DNA of 64,000 bases from an uncultured Chloroflexia bacterium (GTDB lineage Bacteria; Chloroflexota; Limnocylindria; Limnocylindrales; CSP1-4), in the NCBI GenBank assembly GCA_963828165.1, contig CAWHDR010000001.1, positions 1,664,001 through 1,728,000 of the forward strand, written 5' to 3'. Below, one piece after another: positions 1 through 9,652 of the stretch. Position 1 is the stretch's first letter. Every line of letters begins with the position of its first letter. Position numbers and translations under genes: made by a program. The notes below the pieces were generated by a model. The model was not told where the DNA came from. It ran no database searches and saw only the letters and a program-made list of their open reading frames with translations.

Positions 1-236
1 CGATCGCGCTCGCCGGCTCCAATATCCTCGTCCGATGGGGGCCGTGGGACGCGGACGCCAAGCCACCCAAGCTCGACGAGCGCCAGACCGCCGCGCTGGA
101 GGCCCTGGTCACCGCCATGGACCGACTGCTCTCGCCATTGCAGACGCGGACGATCGTGCCGGTGACGACGGTGATCGTCTCGGCGGCCAGTCAGGACCGT
201 CCGTCCGCCGCACCGAAGGCGACACCCGCGCCCTGA
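1..236 (+). CDS. 3' end of a hypothetical protein (truncated by window edge)
   Basis: Open frame from position 3 (IALAGSNILVRWGPWD...KATPAP) to TGA 234-236 with GC3-rich codons; not in ORF track because the start lies upstream. Confidence 0.6.
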   Translation, partial: IALAGSNILVRWGPWDADAKPPKLDERQTAALEALVTAMDRLLSPLQTRTIVPVTTVIVSAASQDRPSAAPKATPAP

Positions 237-281
237 GGCCGTACCCTTCGGTCGGTAAGCCGACCCGCGAGGGAGAACCCG

Positions 282-782
282 ATGTCACTCGAGGGCAGCC
301 CGCGCCCCCGGTCCGTCTCGGCCCGCGCCGGTGATGACGTGTCGGAGCTGGACAAGCGCGTGATCGAGCACCTGCAGACCGACGGCCGCCGCCCCTTCAC
401 GCAGATCGCCGCGGAGCTCGGCGTGTCCGAGGCCGCGGTGCGGGCACGGACCAACCGTCTGATCGAGCGCGGCATCCTGCAGATCGTCGGGGTCACCGAT
501 CCGCTCAAGCTCGGGTTCCACCAGATGGCGATGATCGGCATCCGCTGTGAGAGCGACCAGCTGGTGGAGGTCGCCGAACGGATCGCCGAGATGCCGGAGG
601 TCGACTACGTCGTCATCACTGCCGGGACGTACGACCTGCTGATCGAGACCGTGTGCGAGGACAACGAGGCCCTGTTGCGCTTCCTGACCGAGAAGCTGCG
701 CTCGCTCGAGGGAGTCCGCGAGACCGAGACGTTCATGTACCTGCGGCTGGTCAAGCAGACCTACCAATGGGGTACGCGCTGA
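282..782 (+). CDS. Lrp/AsnC family transcriptional regulator
   Basis: LDKRVIEHLQTDGRRPFTQIAAELGVSEAAVRAR HTH, C-terminal RAM domain (ITAGTYDLL); GGGAGA RBS. Confidence 0.93.
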   Translation: MSLEGSPRPRSVSARAGDDVSELDKRVIEHLQTDGRRPFTQIAAELGVSEAAVRARTNRLIERGILQIVGVTDPLKLGFHQMAMIGIRCESDQLVEVAERIAEMPEVDYVVITAGTYDLLIETVCEDNEALLRFLTEKLRSLEGVRETETFMYLRLVKQTYQWGTR

Positions 783-853
783 ACGGAAACGTGTCGCCAG
801 GACGCACCGGGCGATAGGCCCATGCGGTCGATGCCGGGCTAAGATGCCCGAGC

Positions 854-2110
854 ATGTCGGTCGAACCTATCCTCGTCCTGATCGTCGTCGCGGTGGTCGC
901 CAATCTCGTCGTGATGGCGGCCCTGCTCGGCTCGCCCGTGCTCGGCCGCTCACGCGCCCTGGCCCACCAGGACTCGCCCATCGATATCCGCGCGGAGGCG
1001 GCGATGGCGGCTGCGGCCGTGGTCGGCGGGTCGGACGAGGATCGCCCCGAACATGCCGTGACGACCCAGACCTACGATCGCGTCGTCAGGATCGTCAGCT
1101 GGATCTTCCTGCTCGCCACGACGACGATCGTCGCCGTCACCGAGCTCTGGCCCGCCAACCAGCCGGCGATCCTCGTCCTGCTGGCGCTGACCGGGGCCTT
1201 CGTGTTGGTCGTGCACGACCTGCTGCCGGCCGACGCGCTGGGGGCGGCCAAGTTCGGCGTCGAGGGTTCGGTCGCCATCACCGTGGCGACGTTGCTCGTC
1301 GCGCTGACCGGTGGCGTGCAGAGCCCGTTCTTCTTCACCTACCCACTGATCGTCGGCGGGGCGGCCCTCGTGGTCTCGCCCCCGATCACCGTGGGCCTGA
1401 CTGCGACCGCCGCGCTCGGATACCTGCTGGCGGTCCTGCTCGGCTCCCCGGAGGGCACGCTCGGCAACCCGATCACGACCGCGACCGTCGGCATCAACCT
1501 GACGGCGATGATCCTGCTCGCCTATGTCGCAATGGTGATCGCGCGCGAGCAGCGCCGGTCGCGTGACGCGGCGATCCGCCTCTCGACGATCGACCCGCTG
1601 ACCACGCTCTTCAACCGCGGCTTCTTCTTCGCCGCCCTGGAGCGCGAGATCGCCCGAAGCGCCCGCTCGGGGCGCGGCTTCTGCCTGCTGATGATGGACC
1701 TCGACGAGCTCAAGACGGTCAACGACCGGCTGGGGCACTTCCACGGCGATCGCGTCCTGCGGGCGGTCGGGGTCGTCGTGACGGCGATCGTCCGCCGCAT
1801 CGATACGGCCGCCCGCTACGGCGGCGACGAGTTCGTGGTGCTCCTGCCCGAGACCGATCCCACCGGCGCCTACGTCGTGGCCGAGAAGATCCGGCTCGGA
1901 GTCCATGACCTGGAGCTCGGCCTGACCGACGAGGCCATCCGGCCGTCGATGTCGATCGGCGTTGTCAGCTATCCGGACGATGGCAGCACGGCCGACGAGC
2001 TGATGATCAGCGCCGATGGGGCGATGTACGCGAGCAAGCGAGCCGGGAAGAACCGCGTGACGGGCGTCGACATGCCGCTCGATCCGCCGGTCGTCGCCTC
2101 CGCTCCCTAA
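854..2110 (+). CDS. Membrane-bound diguanylate cyclase (GGDEF)
   Basis: Several TM helices, DPLTTLFNR, MDLDELKTVND, RYGGDEF, RxxD I-site (RRID). Confidence 0.93.
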   Translation: MSVEPILVLIVVAVVANLVVMAALLGSPVLGRSRALAHQDSPIDIRAEAAMAAAAVVGGSDEDRPEHAVTTQTYDRVVRIVSWIFLLATTTIVAVTELWPANQPAILVLLALTGAFVLVVHDLLPADALGAAKFGVEGSVAITVATLLVALTGGVQSPFFFTYPLIVGGAALVVSPPITVGLTATAALGYLLAVLLGSPEGTLGNPITTATVGINLTAMILLAYVAMVIAREQRRSRDAAIRLSTIDPLTTLFNRGFFFAALEREIARSARSGRGFCLLMMDLDELKTVNDRLGHFHGDRVLRAVGVVVTAIVRRIDTAARYGGDEFVVLLPETDPTGAYVVAEKIRLGVHDLELGLTDEAIRPSMSIGVVSYPDDGSTADELMISADGAMYASKRAGKNRVTGVDMPLDPPVVASAP

Positions 2111-2172
2111 CGCGCCCGTGAGGCGGACGTCGCCGGCGCACAGCATGACGCCGTTCCCGGCGCCGCGTTCCG

Positions 2173-3576
2173 TCACCGGCCGATCGTCATCGCGCGGTCC
2201 GGCCGGAGGATGAAGGGTGGCAGGTACGCAGGGATGTTCGAGAACGGCAGGACGTCGGGATGCAGATCGATCCCGAGCGCGTCGGTCATGAACCGGCGGC
2301 GCGCCTGGATCCGGGACCACGCCTCCGGAAACCGCGCCGCGAACGCTTCTCGCAGACCCGCGTCGGCCAGGGCGATCCCGTCCTCGATGTTCGTCGTGAA
2401 GTAGGGCGTCCCGGTCGCCGGGATGACGTCGACCTGGAAGGCCATCCCCGACTGCAATTCGATCGTGGAGCCGCGGCCGATGGGCGAGTTCACCCACTCG
2501 TCGAGCTGGATCTGGTGCCCGGGATTGAGAAAGAGCCCGAAGAAGGGATCGCCGAGGTGCCGGTCGATGATGTCGAACAGGACGCCACCGGTCTGGCCCA
2601 CGTGCAGCGCCGCATACCACTCGGCGATCGCGCTGAAGTACGGCCCGACGAGCCGCTCGACGTAGTCGCTGATCCCGTCCGGCAGCTCGGATGCGTCCTC
2701 GACCACCCACCCTGCCCGGCACGTCAACGCGCCCCAGATCCCGAACGCGACCGTGAACGGATCCCCGTGTTCGATGGTCCGGTCTCCGGGGCTCAGCAGG
2801 CCAAACCGGGCGCGCGGTCCGGCCGTCAACATGAGGTGACACGACAGCGGCGTCCCGTCCCAGCCAAGCAGGCCCACGGCGTCCCGCTCGCGCAGACCGG
2901 GACGAAGCTGTGTCAGCAACGCACGCACGCCACTCGACGTCGTGCAGGCGGCGGCCTCCATCATGGCCAGCTGGTCGACCTCATTGCGGACGCGCAGCCC
3001 ATCAGCAGCATCGATGAACAGGCCGGTCGCATTCGTGACGATCCCGGCGCCACCTGCGGTCCTGATGGCGTCGGCGAGGTACGCGGGGATGTCGAGCATC
3101 GATGGATCGCCGTACGTCTTCCATCCGACGACCCCGATCCGTCGGCCAGGCCCGATGCCCTCGTCGGCGAGGATCGCCGCGAGCGGGCGCGACCGGTCGC
3201 GGGGCTGACTCGGCAGGCTGAAGTCCTGGAAGAGTTCGCGACGCATCGGCAAGGGTGCGGCCCCCGCCACCCCGTAGCACTCGTTGCCCACGAGGATCAC
3301 CGGGTCGCCGGGCCCGACGATGAGGACGGCCTCCTCGAAGCGCGGGTCGAAGCCGGTCAGCCAGGCGAGGTTGGCGCTGTGCTCGCGATCCGCGTAGACG
3401 ACCAGGCGGTCGATCCGATCGGCGGCCATGCGCTCGCGCAGCCGCTCGAGGCGGTCCGCGTAAGTGGCGGGGGCGAGCTCCGGGTTGCCGGTCGGTCGCC
3501 CGAAATCGGGAAGCGCGACATCCGAGAGGCGCGCCTCGGATCGTGCCGGGTCCTTGCGTGCACCGTTGCTGGTCAT
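2173..3576 (-). CDS. M24 (Xaa-Pro aminopeptidase/creatinase-like) fold protein
   Basis: Creatinase-N-like segment (ANLAWLTGF), PGHQIQLDEW, NIEDGIAL; ATG 3576 overlaps upstream TGA (ATGA). Confidence 0.75.
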   Translation of the reverse strand: MTSNGARKDPARSEARLSDVALPDFGRPTGNPELAPATYADRLERLRERMAADRIDRLVVYADREHSANLAWLTGFDPRFEEAVLIVGPGDPVILVGNECYGVAGAAPLPMRRELFQDFSLPSQPRDRSRPLAAILADEGIGPGRRIGVVGWKTYGDPSMLDIPAYLADAIRTAGGAGIVTNATGLFIDAADGLRVRNEVDQLAMMEAAACTTSSGVRALLTQLRPGLRERDAVGLLGWDGTPLSCHLMLTAGPRARFGLLSPGDRTIEHGDPFTVAFGIWGALTCRAGWVVEDASELPDGISDYVERLVGPYFSAIAEWYAALHVGQTGGVLFDIIDRHLGDPFFGLFLNPGHQIQLDEWVNSPIGRGSTIELQSGMAFQVDVIPATGTPYFTTNIEDGIALADAGLREAFAARFPEAWSRIQARRRFMTDALGIDLHPDVLPFSNIPAYLPPFILRPDRAMTIGR

Positions 3577-5231
3577 GGCATCCAAAGCTCGATCTGATCG
3601 CTGCCGCGATCGATGGTCGCGAACTGGTTCGCGTCGATACCGGTCCATGTGCCGACCTCGCCGTCGGGCCAGGTGACGCGCACGTCCGCCCGCGCTGCCG
3701 GCCCTAGCCCGAAGTGGGTCCAGCCGAGCTGCCCGCCCACATGGCCGCCACCGACCGTCAGCTCGCGACGCTGCAGTGCCTCGCCGACGCGGACCTCGAG
3801 GATGGCCCCGATCGCGTCGCGATTGGGCCCCGGTTGGCGGACCCCCAGACCCAGCCAGTGGCCCATCGCGACGGGGTCGCTGCCCGTGCCGGCCCCGACG
3901 TTGCGCCACACCCGGACGGGTGCGTCTAGGTCGACCTGCACCAGGTCGAGCAGGCCATCGGCATTGAAGTCCGCCAGCGCCGCGCCTCGACCCCGCTCCG
4001 GATCGACGATGCCCGCCCGCTCGGCGCCGTACGTGAACGTGCTATCCGGAGCACCCATGAACAGGTCACTCGGATCGATCGCGGCGTAGTCGGGCTGCTG
4101 GCCGACATTGCCCTTCGAAACGAACAGATCGATGAAGCCGTCGTTGTTCACGTCCTGGAACTCAGGATGCCAGGCCGTCGACGGTAGCGGGTCGCCGCCC
4201 GCGGACGGGCGCGTGGCGATGACACCGTGCTTGATCGCGATGTCCCGATACGTGGGGAGCTCGGGACCAGTGAGCAACGTCTGCAGCTTGTTGGGGCCTT
4301 GGCTCGTCAAGTAGATCTCCGGGTATCCGTCGCCGGTCAGGTCGTGGCTCGCGATCCCCATGCCCCAGATCTGCATGGTCACCCAGCCATCATCCGCCGT
4401 GTAGAGACGTGGTGCCTCGCCCACGACCACCCGCCAGAGCTGCTCTTGACCGACCTCCGCGTCGTAGTACTGGCGATCGTTGCTGACGCGCAGGTCCCGT
4501 CGGCCCGACCCATCCCAGTCGCTGAACAGCATCGACAGCGAACAGAACCCGGGAGTGAGTGCCATCGCGGGCGCATACCCGGATCCAGCGGGGTCCGGAC
4601 GGAACAGCTCGTTGTCGGGACACTCGTAGGTCGCGTTGCCTTCGGCATCGATCTCGACGTACTTGCCGAACGCCATCGTGGGCAACACCGCGGACCCCTC
4701 CCACGTGGCGCTGAACGCCGTCGTCCAATCGGCTGCCGCCGCGAAGGACCATCGGTCGTCGCCGGACTCGAAGCCACAGTCCCCGACGCCTCGCAGGAGC
4801 GTCGCGCCGTCGTTGCGCAAAACGGCCAGGTCGACGCGCCCGTCCCCGTCGATGTCCAGTGGATACGCCCCCATCACACCAGCTCGGCTGCCGGCGACAC
4901 CGGGCACCATCGTGAACCCGAGCTGCGCTCCGGATCGGCTGGTGTTTCGGTAGAGCGCGGCCGGCTCCGCACCGCCCGCCAGGTACAGATCCGGCAGGCG
5001 ATCGTCGTCGCAGTCCAAGACGGCGACGCCGCCGCCGATGAACGACCTGTCCCGGCCACCGTACATGTGATCGACGCCGGCTGTGGTCGTCTCGTCGACG
5101 TACCGCGGCGGCCCCAGCGCCACCGTCGGCGTTGCGCCGCGACGTCCGACGACGACCCAGGCGCCGGCGACCACCACCCCGATCACGGCGACCGTTGCCG
5201 CCGCAGCGACCATCCGCCGCCGACGTCTCAA
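3573..5231 (-). CDS. CRTAC1-family FG-GAP repeat / ASPIC-UnbV protein, N-terminally anchored
   Basis: Repeated DxDxDGxxDL motifs (DIDGDGRVDL, DVNNDGFIDL, DFNADGLLDL), C-terminal NRDAIGA..HFGLG..VTWPDG; start TTG 5231 or ATG 5213. Confidence 0.88.
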   Translation of the reverse strand: MRRRRRMVAAAATVAVIGVVVAGAWVVVGRRGATPTVALGPPRYVDETTTAGVDHMYGGRDRSFIGGGVAVLDCDDDRLPDLYLAGGAEPAALYRNTSRSGAQLGFTMVPGVAGSRAGVMGAYPLDIDGDGRVDLAVLRNDGATLLRGVGDCGFESGDDRWSFAAAADWTTAFSATWEGSAVLPTMAFGKYVEIDAEGNATYECPDNELFRPDPAGSGYAPAMALTPGFCSLSMLFSDWDGSGRRDLRVSNDRQYYDAEVGQEQLWRVVVGEAPRLYTADDGWVTMQIWGMGIASHDLTGDGYPEIYLTSQGPNKLQTLLTGPELPTYRDIAIKHGVIATRPSAGGDPLPSTAWHPEFQDVNNDGFIDLFVSKGNVGQQPDYAAIDPSDLFMGAPDSTFTYGAERAGIVDPERGRGAALADFNADGLLDLVQVDLDAPVRVWRNVGAGTGSDPVAMGHWLGLGVRQPGPNRDAIGAILEVRVGEALQRRELTVGGGHVGGQLGWTHFGLGPAARADVRVTWPDGEVGTWTGIDANQFATIDRGSDQIELWMP

Positions 5232-5241
5232 CCGGCTCGCC

Positions 5242-7110
5242 TCACGATCCGATCGTGCCGGCGTAGTACAGCCGGGCGCGGGCCCACGCGGCCCGACCGC
5301 ACTCCGAGCCGATCCGCCGGCCGTTGAGATCGTCGGCTGCGATATGGATCCCACCCAGGATCCGCGACTGACCGGCCTGATCGGCGGCGTCGTAATAGGT
5401 CGCCCACTCGAGCTCGATATCGCTCGTCGGGCCCATCTCGTTCTTGAGCGACCCGACCGGGATCGTGTAGCCGCTGATGCCGCCGGGGAAGAACGAACTC
5501 CCGGTCATGGCGGTCATCACCTCGGCCCCGGCCCGGCTGAACGTGCTGTGACCCGAGACGTACCCCTGGAATGCCGGTGTCACGAACGTCGGCAGCTGGT
5601 AGGGGACCCACTGCACGGCCAGGATCCACCGCGCCCCGCTGGCCTGGGTCTTCGGGTCGGGAGGCACGCCGGCCCATGCTCGGATGGCGATCTCGCCTTC
5701 GTGGCCCGCGAGGGCCGCGTGCCGTCCACCCGGCGCGGTGGTCTCGTCGGTGATGACCTCGATGAGATCCGGCACGAGCGGCAGGCCGTCAGCGTGGTAC
5801 GCCGGCCCGGCCGGGTCTGACGACTGTCCGAGGCTGCCCATGTAGCGGATCATCGAGATCGGCCGGACCGAGTCGTAGTGCCCCTTCAGGCCCCAGGCCG
5901 CGATCGCCGCGTCGTGGACGGCGCCGTTGAGGGCGAGGTACGTCTTGACATCCCACTCGAGTCGGTCGACTTGCGGACCGTTGCCGCCGATCTGCAGATC
6001 CGTGCCCAGCTCGTCGCCGACCTTGTTCGCGAGGACGTTCCAGTGACCCGGAGGTGTCTCGGACTTGGGCCCGTCGGCCCAGAATTCGACCATCACGCGC
6101 ACGAAGTCGCCCTCATCGACCACATCGGGCTCGTAGGGCTGGCCGGTCACCGGGTTGACGTCATGCCCCACGCCGTCGTTCGAGCCCAATGGGTTGTTGC
6201 CCCTCGCCCCTGGGGAGATGTCGATCTGCTCTGTGTTCGCCGGATCGAGCAGGCTGCTGCCACGGATCACCTCGACAGCCTGATCCTGGTATTCCCTGGT
6301 ACCGAACTGCGGTGGGGGGCCCGGATCGATCGGGACCCCGGCGGAACCCCCGGCAGGGATCGCGAACGAGGTGACGTGACCCCAATGCGGCCCGACCGCC
6401 TGCTGGGTCCCGTTCTCGATCGGGATGCCGTTCTGGGAGATCATGTGCTCGAGCTGCAGGGGCTGCCAGCGGTCGGGGTCGGTCATCTCGATATCGGTCC
6501 CCGCGACCACGAGCGGCGGATTCACCGGCTCGTAGTCGGTCGCGGCGTAGCCGTCAGCCTGGTTCGAGCCATCGCTCATGCCCGCGGTCGTGATGGTCTC
6601 GGCGATCCGATTGCCAAGTGCGGCCGGCGAGTCGCCCTGGGTCGTCGTCACGTCCAGCGGATAGCACAGCGAGTCCATGACGTCGGCAAAGGCCGAGAGC
6701 GACTCGTCGCCACCGACTGACTTGATATAGCGGGAGCTCAGGATGCGGTACGCCGCGTAGCTGATCGCCTCGTTCCGAGCCGCCGCCACGTTCGACGAGG
6801 TCAACTTCTCCTTCACGAAGACACCCGACGCCGTGGCGTCGTATGCCGCCCACGCGTCCCACATGCCGGCTGCGGTGTGGTACAGGTTCCGGGCGTGGAC
6901 CGTCGGCGCCGGGAGCGCGCGCCGGATCGCACCGAGGAGCGCCTCGTCCCAGCGTCGTGCAACGCTCCACTCAGGGTGCTCCGCCGCCGGCGGACAGGAC
7001 GGCTGGCTTTGCCACGGCCGGACGATGACGAGCCCCGTGGCGACCATGACGGCGATGGCAGCGACGGCCAGGATCCCCAACTTCGTCGATCTCGATCGAC
7101 TGACCAGCAC
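5242..7110 (-). CDS. Vanadium-dependent haloperoxidase (PAP2 superfamily), exported/anchored
   Basis: All three vanadate motifs: KGHYDSVRP (Kx6RP), GYVSGHS, SRILGGIHIAAD; N-terminal hydrophobic helix; AGGAGGAG RBS. Confidence 0.88.
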   Translation of the reverse strand: MLVSRSRSTKLGILAVAAIAVMVATGLVIVRPWQSQPSCPPAAEHPEWSVARRWDEALLGAIRRALPAPTVHARNLYHTAAGMWDAWAAYDATASGVFVKEKLTSSNVAAARNEAISYAAYRILSSRYIKSVGGDESLSAFADVMDSLCYPLDVTTTQGDSPAALGNRIAETITTAGMSDGSNQADGYAATDYEPVNPPLVVAGTDIEMTDPDRWQPLQLEHMISQNGIPIENGTQQAVGPHWGHVTSFAIPAGGSAGVPIDPGPPPQFGTREYQDQAVEVIRGSSLLDPANTEQIDISPGARGNNPLGSNDGVGHDVNPVTGQPYEPDVVDEGDFVRVMVEFWADGPKSETPPGHWNVLANKVGDELGTDLQIGGNGPQVDRLEWDVKTYLALNGAVHDAAIAAWGLKGHYDSVRPISMIRYMGSLGQSSDPAGPAYHADGLPLVPDLIEVITDETTAPGGRHAALAGHEGEIAIRAWAGVPPDPKTQASGARWILAVQWVPYQLPTFVTPAFQGYVSGHSTFSRAGAEVMTAMTGSSFFPGGISGYTIPVGSLKNEMGPTSDIELEWATYYDAADQAGQSRILGGIHIAADDLNGRRIGSECGRAAWARARLYYAGTIGS

Positions 7111-7175
7111 GACTCCTCCTTCGATCGCCCGTCCCCTCGGACCAGGTCCACGATATCTTCTCGCCCGGACCTACC

Positions 7176-8165
7176 TCATCGGTCGGTGGCGGCCGCGAAG
7201 ATGGCTTCGATGACACGCAAGTTGGCAACCGCGTCGGCCGGGTCGAAGGGCAGCGGCGTTCCGTCGAGGATGGCCTCCGCGAACACGTCTGCCTCCACCC
7301 CATACGGGTCGGCCGCGGGGAACTCGATGACCTCGGTCGCGGGAGCGACGGGTGGGTCGCCGCCGGCCGTCAGGAAGATCTGGGTCGGACGGTCGGGCGG
7401 GATGTTGAACGGGATGCCGATCGAGATCCGGCCAGCCGTGCCGTAGATATCGACCCGCTGGTCGGTCTCGAGCCGCGTTCCGCAGGTGAACGTCGCGGTG
7501 CCCTGGGCGAAGTCGAGGATCGCGCTCGTCCGGATGTCGACACCGGCCGCCGAGTCGCGTTCGATCGACGCCCTCACCCGGGTCGGCTCGCCTCCGAACA
7601 GCAGGCGAGAAAGGTTCACGTTGTAGCAGCCGATGTCGTACAGGGCCCCGCCCCCGAACTCTCGGATGTTGCGGATGTTCAGCGGATCCTCGTTGAAATA
7701 CGAGAACCAGCTGTCGACGGCGCTCAGTCGACCGATCCGGCCGGAAGCCACGAGATCGCGTACCGCGACCCAGGATGGATGGAGGCGATACATGAACGCC
7801 TCCATGAGCACCACGCCTGCCGCATCACAGGCAGCCGCCATCCGCTCGGCGTCCGCAGCCGTCATCGCCAGTGGCTTCTCGCAGAGGACGTGCTTGCCTG
7901 CCCGTGCGGCCGCGATCGTCCAGTCCGCGTGGAGGTGGTTCGGCAGCGGGATGTAGACGGCGTCGACATCGGAGTCCTCGAGGAGCGCTTCGTAGGAACC
8001 GTGGGCGCGCGGGATGCCGAGGAGGTCGGCCACGGCCCGTGCCCGGGCACCGTCTCGCGACGCGATGGCCACGACCTCGACGCGGGCGGCCCGGCGCATG
8101 CCGGGGATGACCTTCCGGACCGCGATGTCGGCCGTCGACAGGATGCCGATCCGCAGCTTGCTCAT
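7176..8165 (-). CDS. Gfo/Idh/MocA oxidoreductase (xylose/sugar dehydrogenase-like)
   Basis: VYIPLPNHLH, GKHVLCEKP, GGGALYDIGCY; ATG 8165. Confidence 0.9.
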   Translation of the reverse strand: MSKLRIGILSTADIAVRKVIPGMRRAARVEVVAIASRDGARARAVADLLGIPRAHGSYEALLEDSDVDAVYIPLPNHLHADWTIAAARAGKHVLCEKPLAMTAADAERMAAACDAAGVVLMEAFMYRLHPSWVAVRDLVASGRIGRLSAVDSWFSYFNEDPLNIRNIREFGGGALYDIGCYNVNLSRLLFGGEPTRVRASIERDSAAGVDIRTSAILDFAQGTATFTCGTRLETDQRVDIYGTAGRISIGIPFNIPPDRPTQIFLTAGGDPPVAPATEVIEFPAADPYGVEADVFAEAILDGTPLPFDPADAVANLRVIEAIFAAATDR

Positions 8166-8201
8166 CGTCGCTCCAAACCCACTGCGCCGTGGTCCTCCGT
8201 C

Positions 8202-8261
8202 TTGACATGTCCGCGTGGTTGTACGAGTCTCGCACAGACATTTGAGAAAGAGGAACACAAA
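8202..8261 (+). promoter_or_regulatory. sigma70-type promoter and ROK operator upstream of xylR
   Basis: TTGACA 8202-8207, 17 bp, GAGTCT 8225-8230; TTTGAGA-N7-ACACAAA 8241-8261 resembles palindrome at 16062. Confidence 0.65.
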
Positions 8262-8263
8262 CC

Positions 8264-9499
8264 TTGCTGAGTGGTCGCGACGAGCTCGGACATCGCAGCG
8301 AAACGGTCCGTCGTGCGAACCTGAGCGCCATCGTCCGGGAGCTCCATGAGAGTGGCCCCATGTCGCGATCCGACCTCGTCACGCGCACCGGCTTGACTCG
8401 TAGTGCGATCCGCGGCCTCATCGGCGAGCTGGTCGGCGGCGACCTGGCCAGCGAGAGCCCGGCCGCACTCGACGGCACGCCGGGGAGGCCATCGCCCGTC
8501 GTCCGCCCCGATCCCACCGGCGCGATCGTGCTCGCGTTCGAGATCGCGGTCAATTCGCTGGCGGCGGCCGCGGTCGGGCTGGGCGGACGCCCGCTGGAGC
8601 TCCTTCGGATCGATCTTCCGCGCGGGCGCTCGAGCGTCGACGACATCACGGCGGCGCTCGCCCAGCTGGCCGCCACGATCCGCGAACGACTGCCGCGGAC
8701 CGCGACCCTCGTGGGAGCCGGGACGGCGGTCGTCGGCGTGATCCGTCGGAGCGACGGGATGGTGTCGATGGCGCCGAACCTCGGCTGGCGCGACGAGCCG
8801 CTCGGTGACCGATTGACCCGGGCGCTGGATCTGCCGGTCCCGATCGCCTTCGCCAACGAGTCCGATCTCGCCGTACTCGCGGAGCACCGGCGCGGGGCCG
8901 CGCGCGGCGTCGACGACGTCCTTCTCGTATGGGGGTCGGTGGGCGTCGGGGGCGGGCTCATCGTCGACGGCGCGCCGCTGACCGGTTCGGCCGGCTACAG
9001 CGGCGAGGTCGGCCATATCCCGGTCAACCCGGACGGCCTGCCATGCCGTTGTGGCTCGACCGGATGCTGGGAGACGGAGGTCGGCTCGAGCGCGCTCCTG
9101 CGCCGGGCCGGTCGGCCGCCGGAAGGCGGTCACGAAGCCGTGGACGCCGTCCTCGCAGCGGCCGAGGCCGGGGAACCGACCGCACTCGCCGCGTTCGCAG
9201 AGACGGGCCGCTGGTTGGGCATCGGGCTGGCCGGCGCGATCAACGTCCTCAATCCCGATCTGGTCCTGCTCGGCGGCCGGCTGGCCCCGAGCTACCCCTT
9301 CGTTCGACTGACCCTCGAGGCCGAGCTTGATCGACGCGTCCTGCGCGCCTCGCGCCGACTGGTCCGTGTCGTCCCCGCCACGCTCGGCGAGGATGCTCCG
9401 TTGCTCGGGGCAGCGGAGCTCGCCTTCGAACCGTTGCTCGCCGATCCCGCGGCCTGGCTGCGCCCCCGCTACGCCCTGGCCGCCCTGGCAAGCGCCTGA
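8264..9499 (+). CDS. xylR: ROK family transcriptional repressor (XylR-like)
   Basis: N-terminal HTH (SRSDLVTRTGLTRSAI), GRP, GEVGHI..CRCGSTGCWET ROK signature; xylose context. Confidence 0.9.
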   Translation: MLSGRDELGHRSETVRRANLSAIVRELHESGPMSRSDLVTRTGLTRSAIRGLIGELVGGDLASESPAALDGTPGRPSPVVRPDPTGAIVLAFEIAVNSLAAAAVGLGGRPLELLRIDLPRGRSSVDDITAALAQLAATIRERLPRTATLVGAGTAVVGVIRRSDGMVSMAPNLGWRDEPLGDRLTRALDLPVPIAFANESDLAVLAEHRRGAARGVDDVLLVWGSVGVGGGLIVDGAPLTGSAGYSGEVGHIPVNPDGLPCRCGSTGCWETEVGSSALLRRAGRPPEGGHEAVDAVLAAAEAGEPTALAAFAETGRWLGIGLAGAINVLNPDLVLLGGRLAPSYPFVRLTLEAELDRRVLRASRRLVRVVPATLGEDAPLLGAAELAFEPLLADPAAWLRPRYALAALASA

Positions 9500-9652
9500 G
9501 CCACCGACAGCAGAGAGGAGGAGCCGATCGCATCCGACCGGGGAGGTCGGAGCCTGAACGACGGTCGTAAGAGCGGGGATGACAGCGTGATAGCCTTCGA
9601 GTCCGACCTCGGGTCGCTCGGGAAGCTACGCCACCTAGGAGGAGAGTCAGCG

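Noticed and set aside
950-2842. Long antisense/alternate-frame ORFs (also 16240-18318, 20910-23105, 33753-36011 and many others)
   Set aside because: Shadow frames of GC-rich genes; Arg/Pro/Gly-rich with no motifs and overlapping well-supported CDSs
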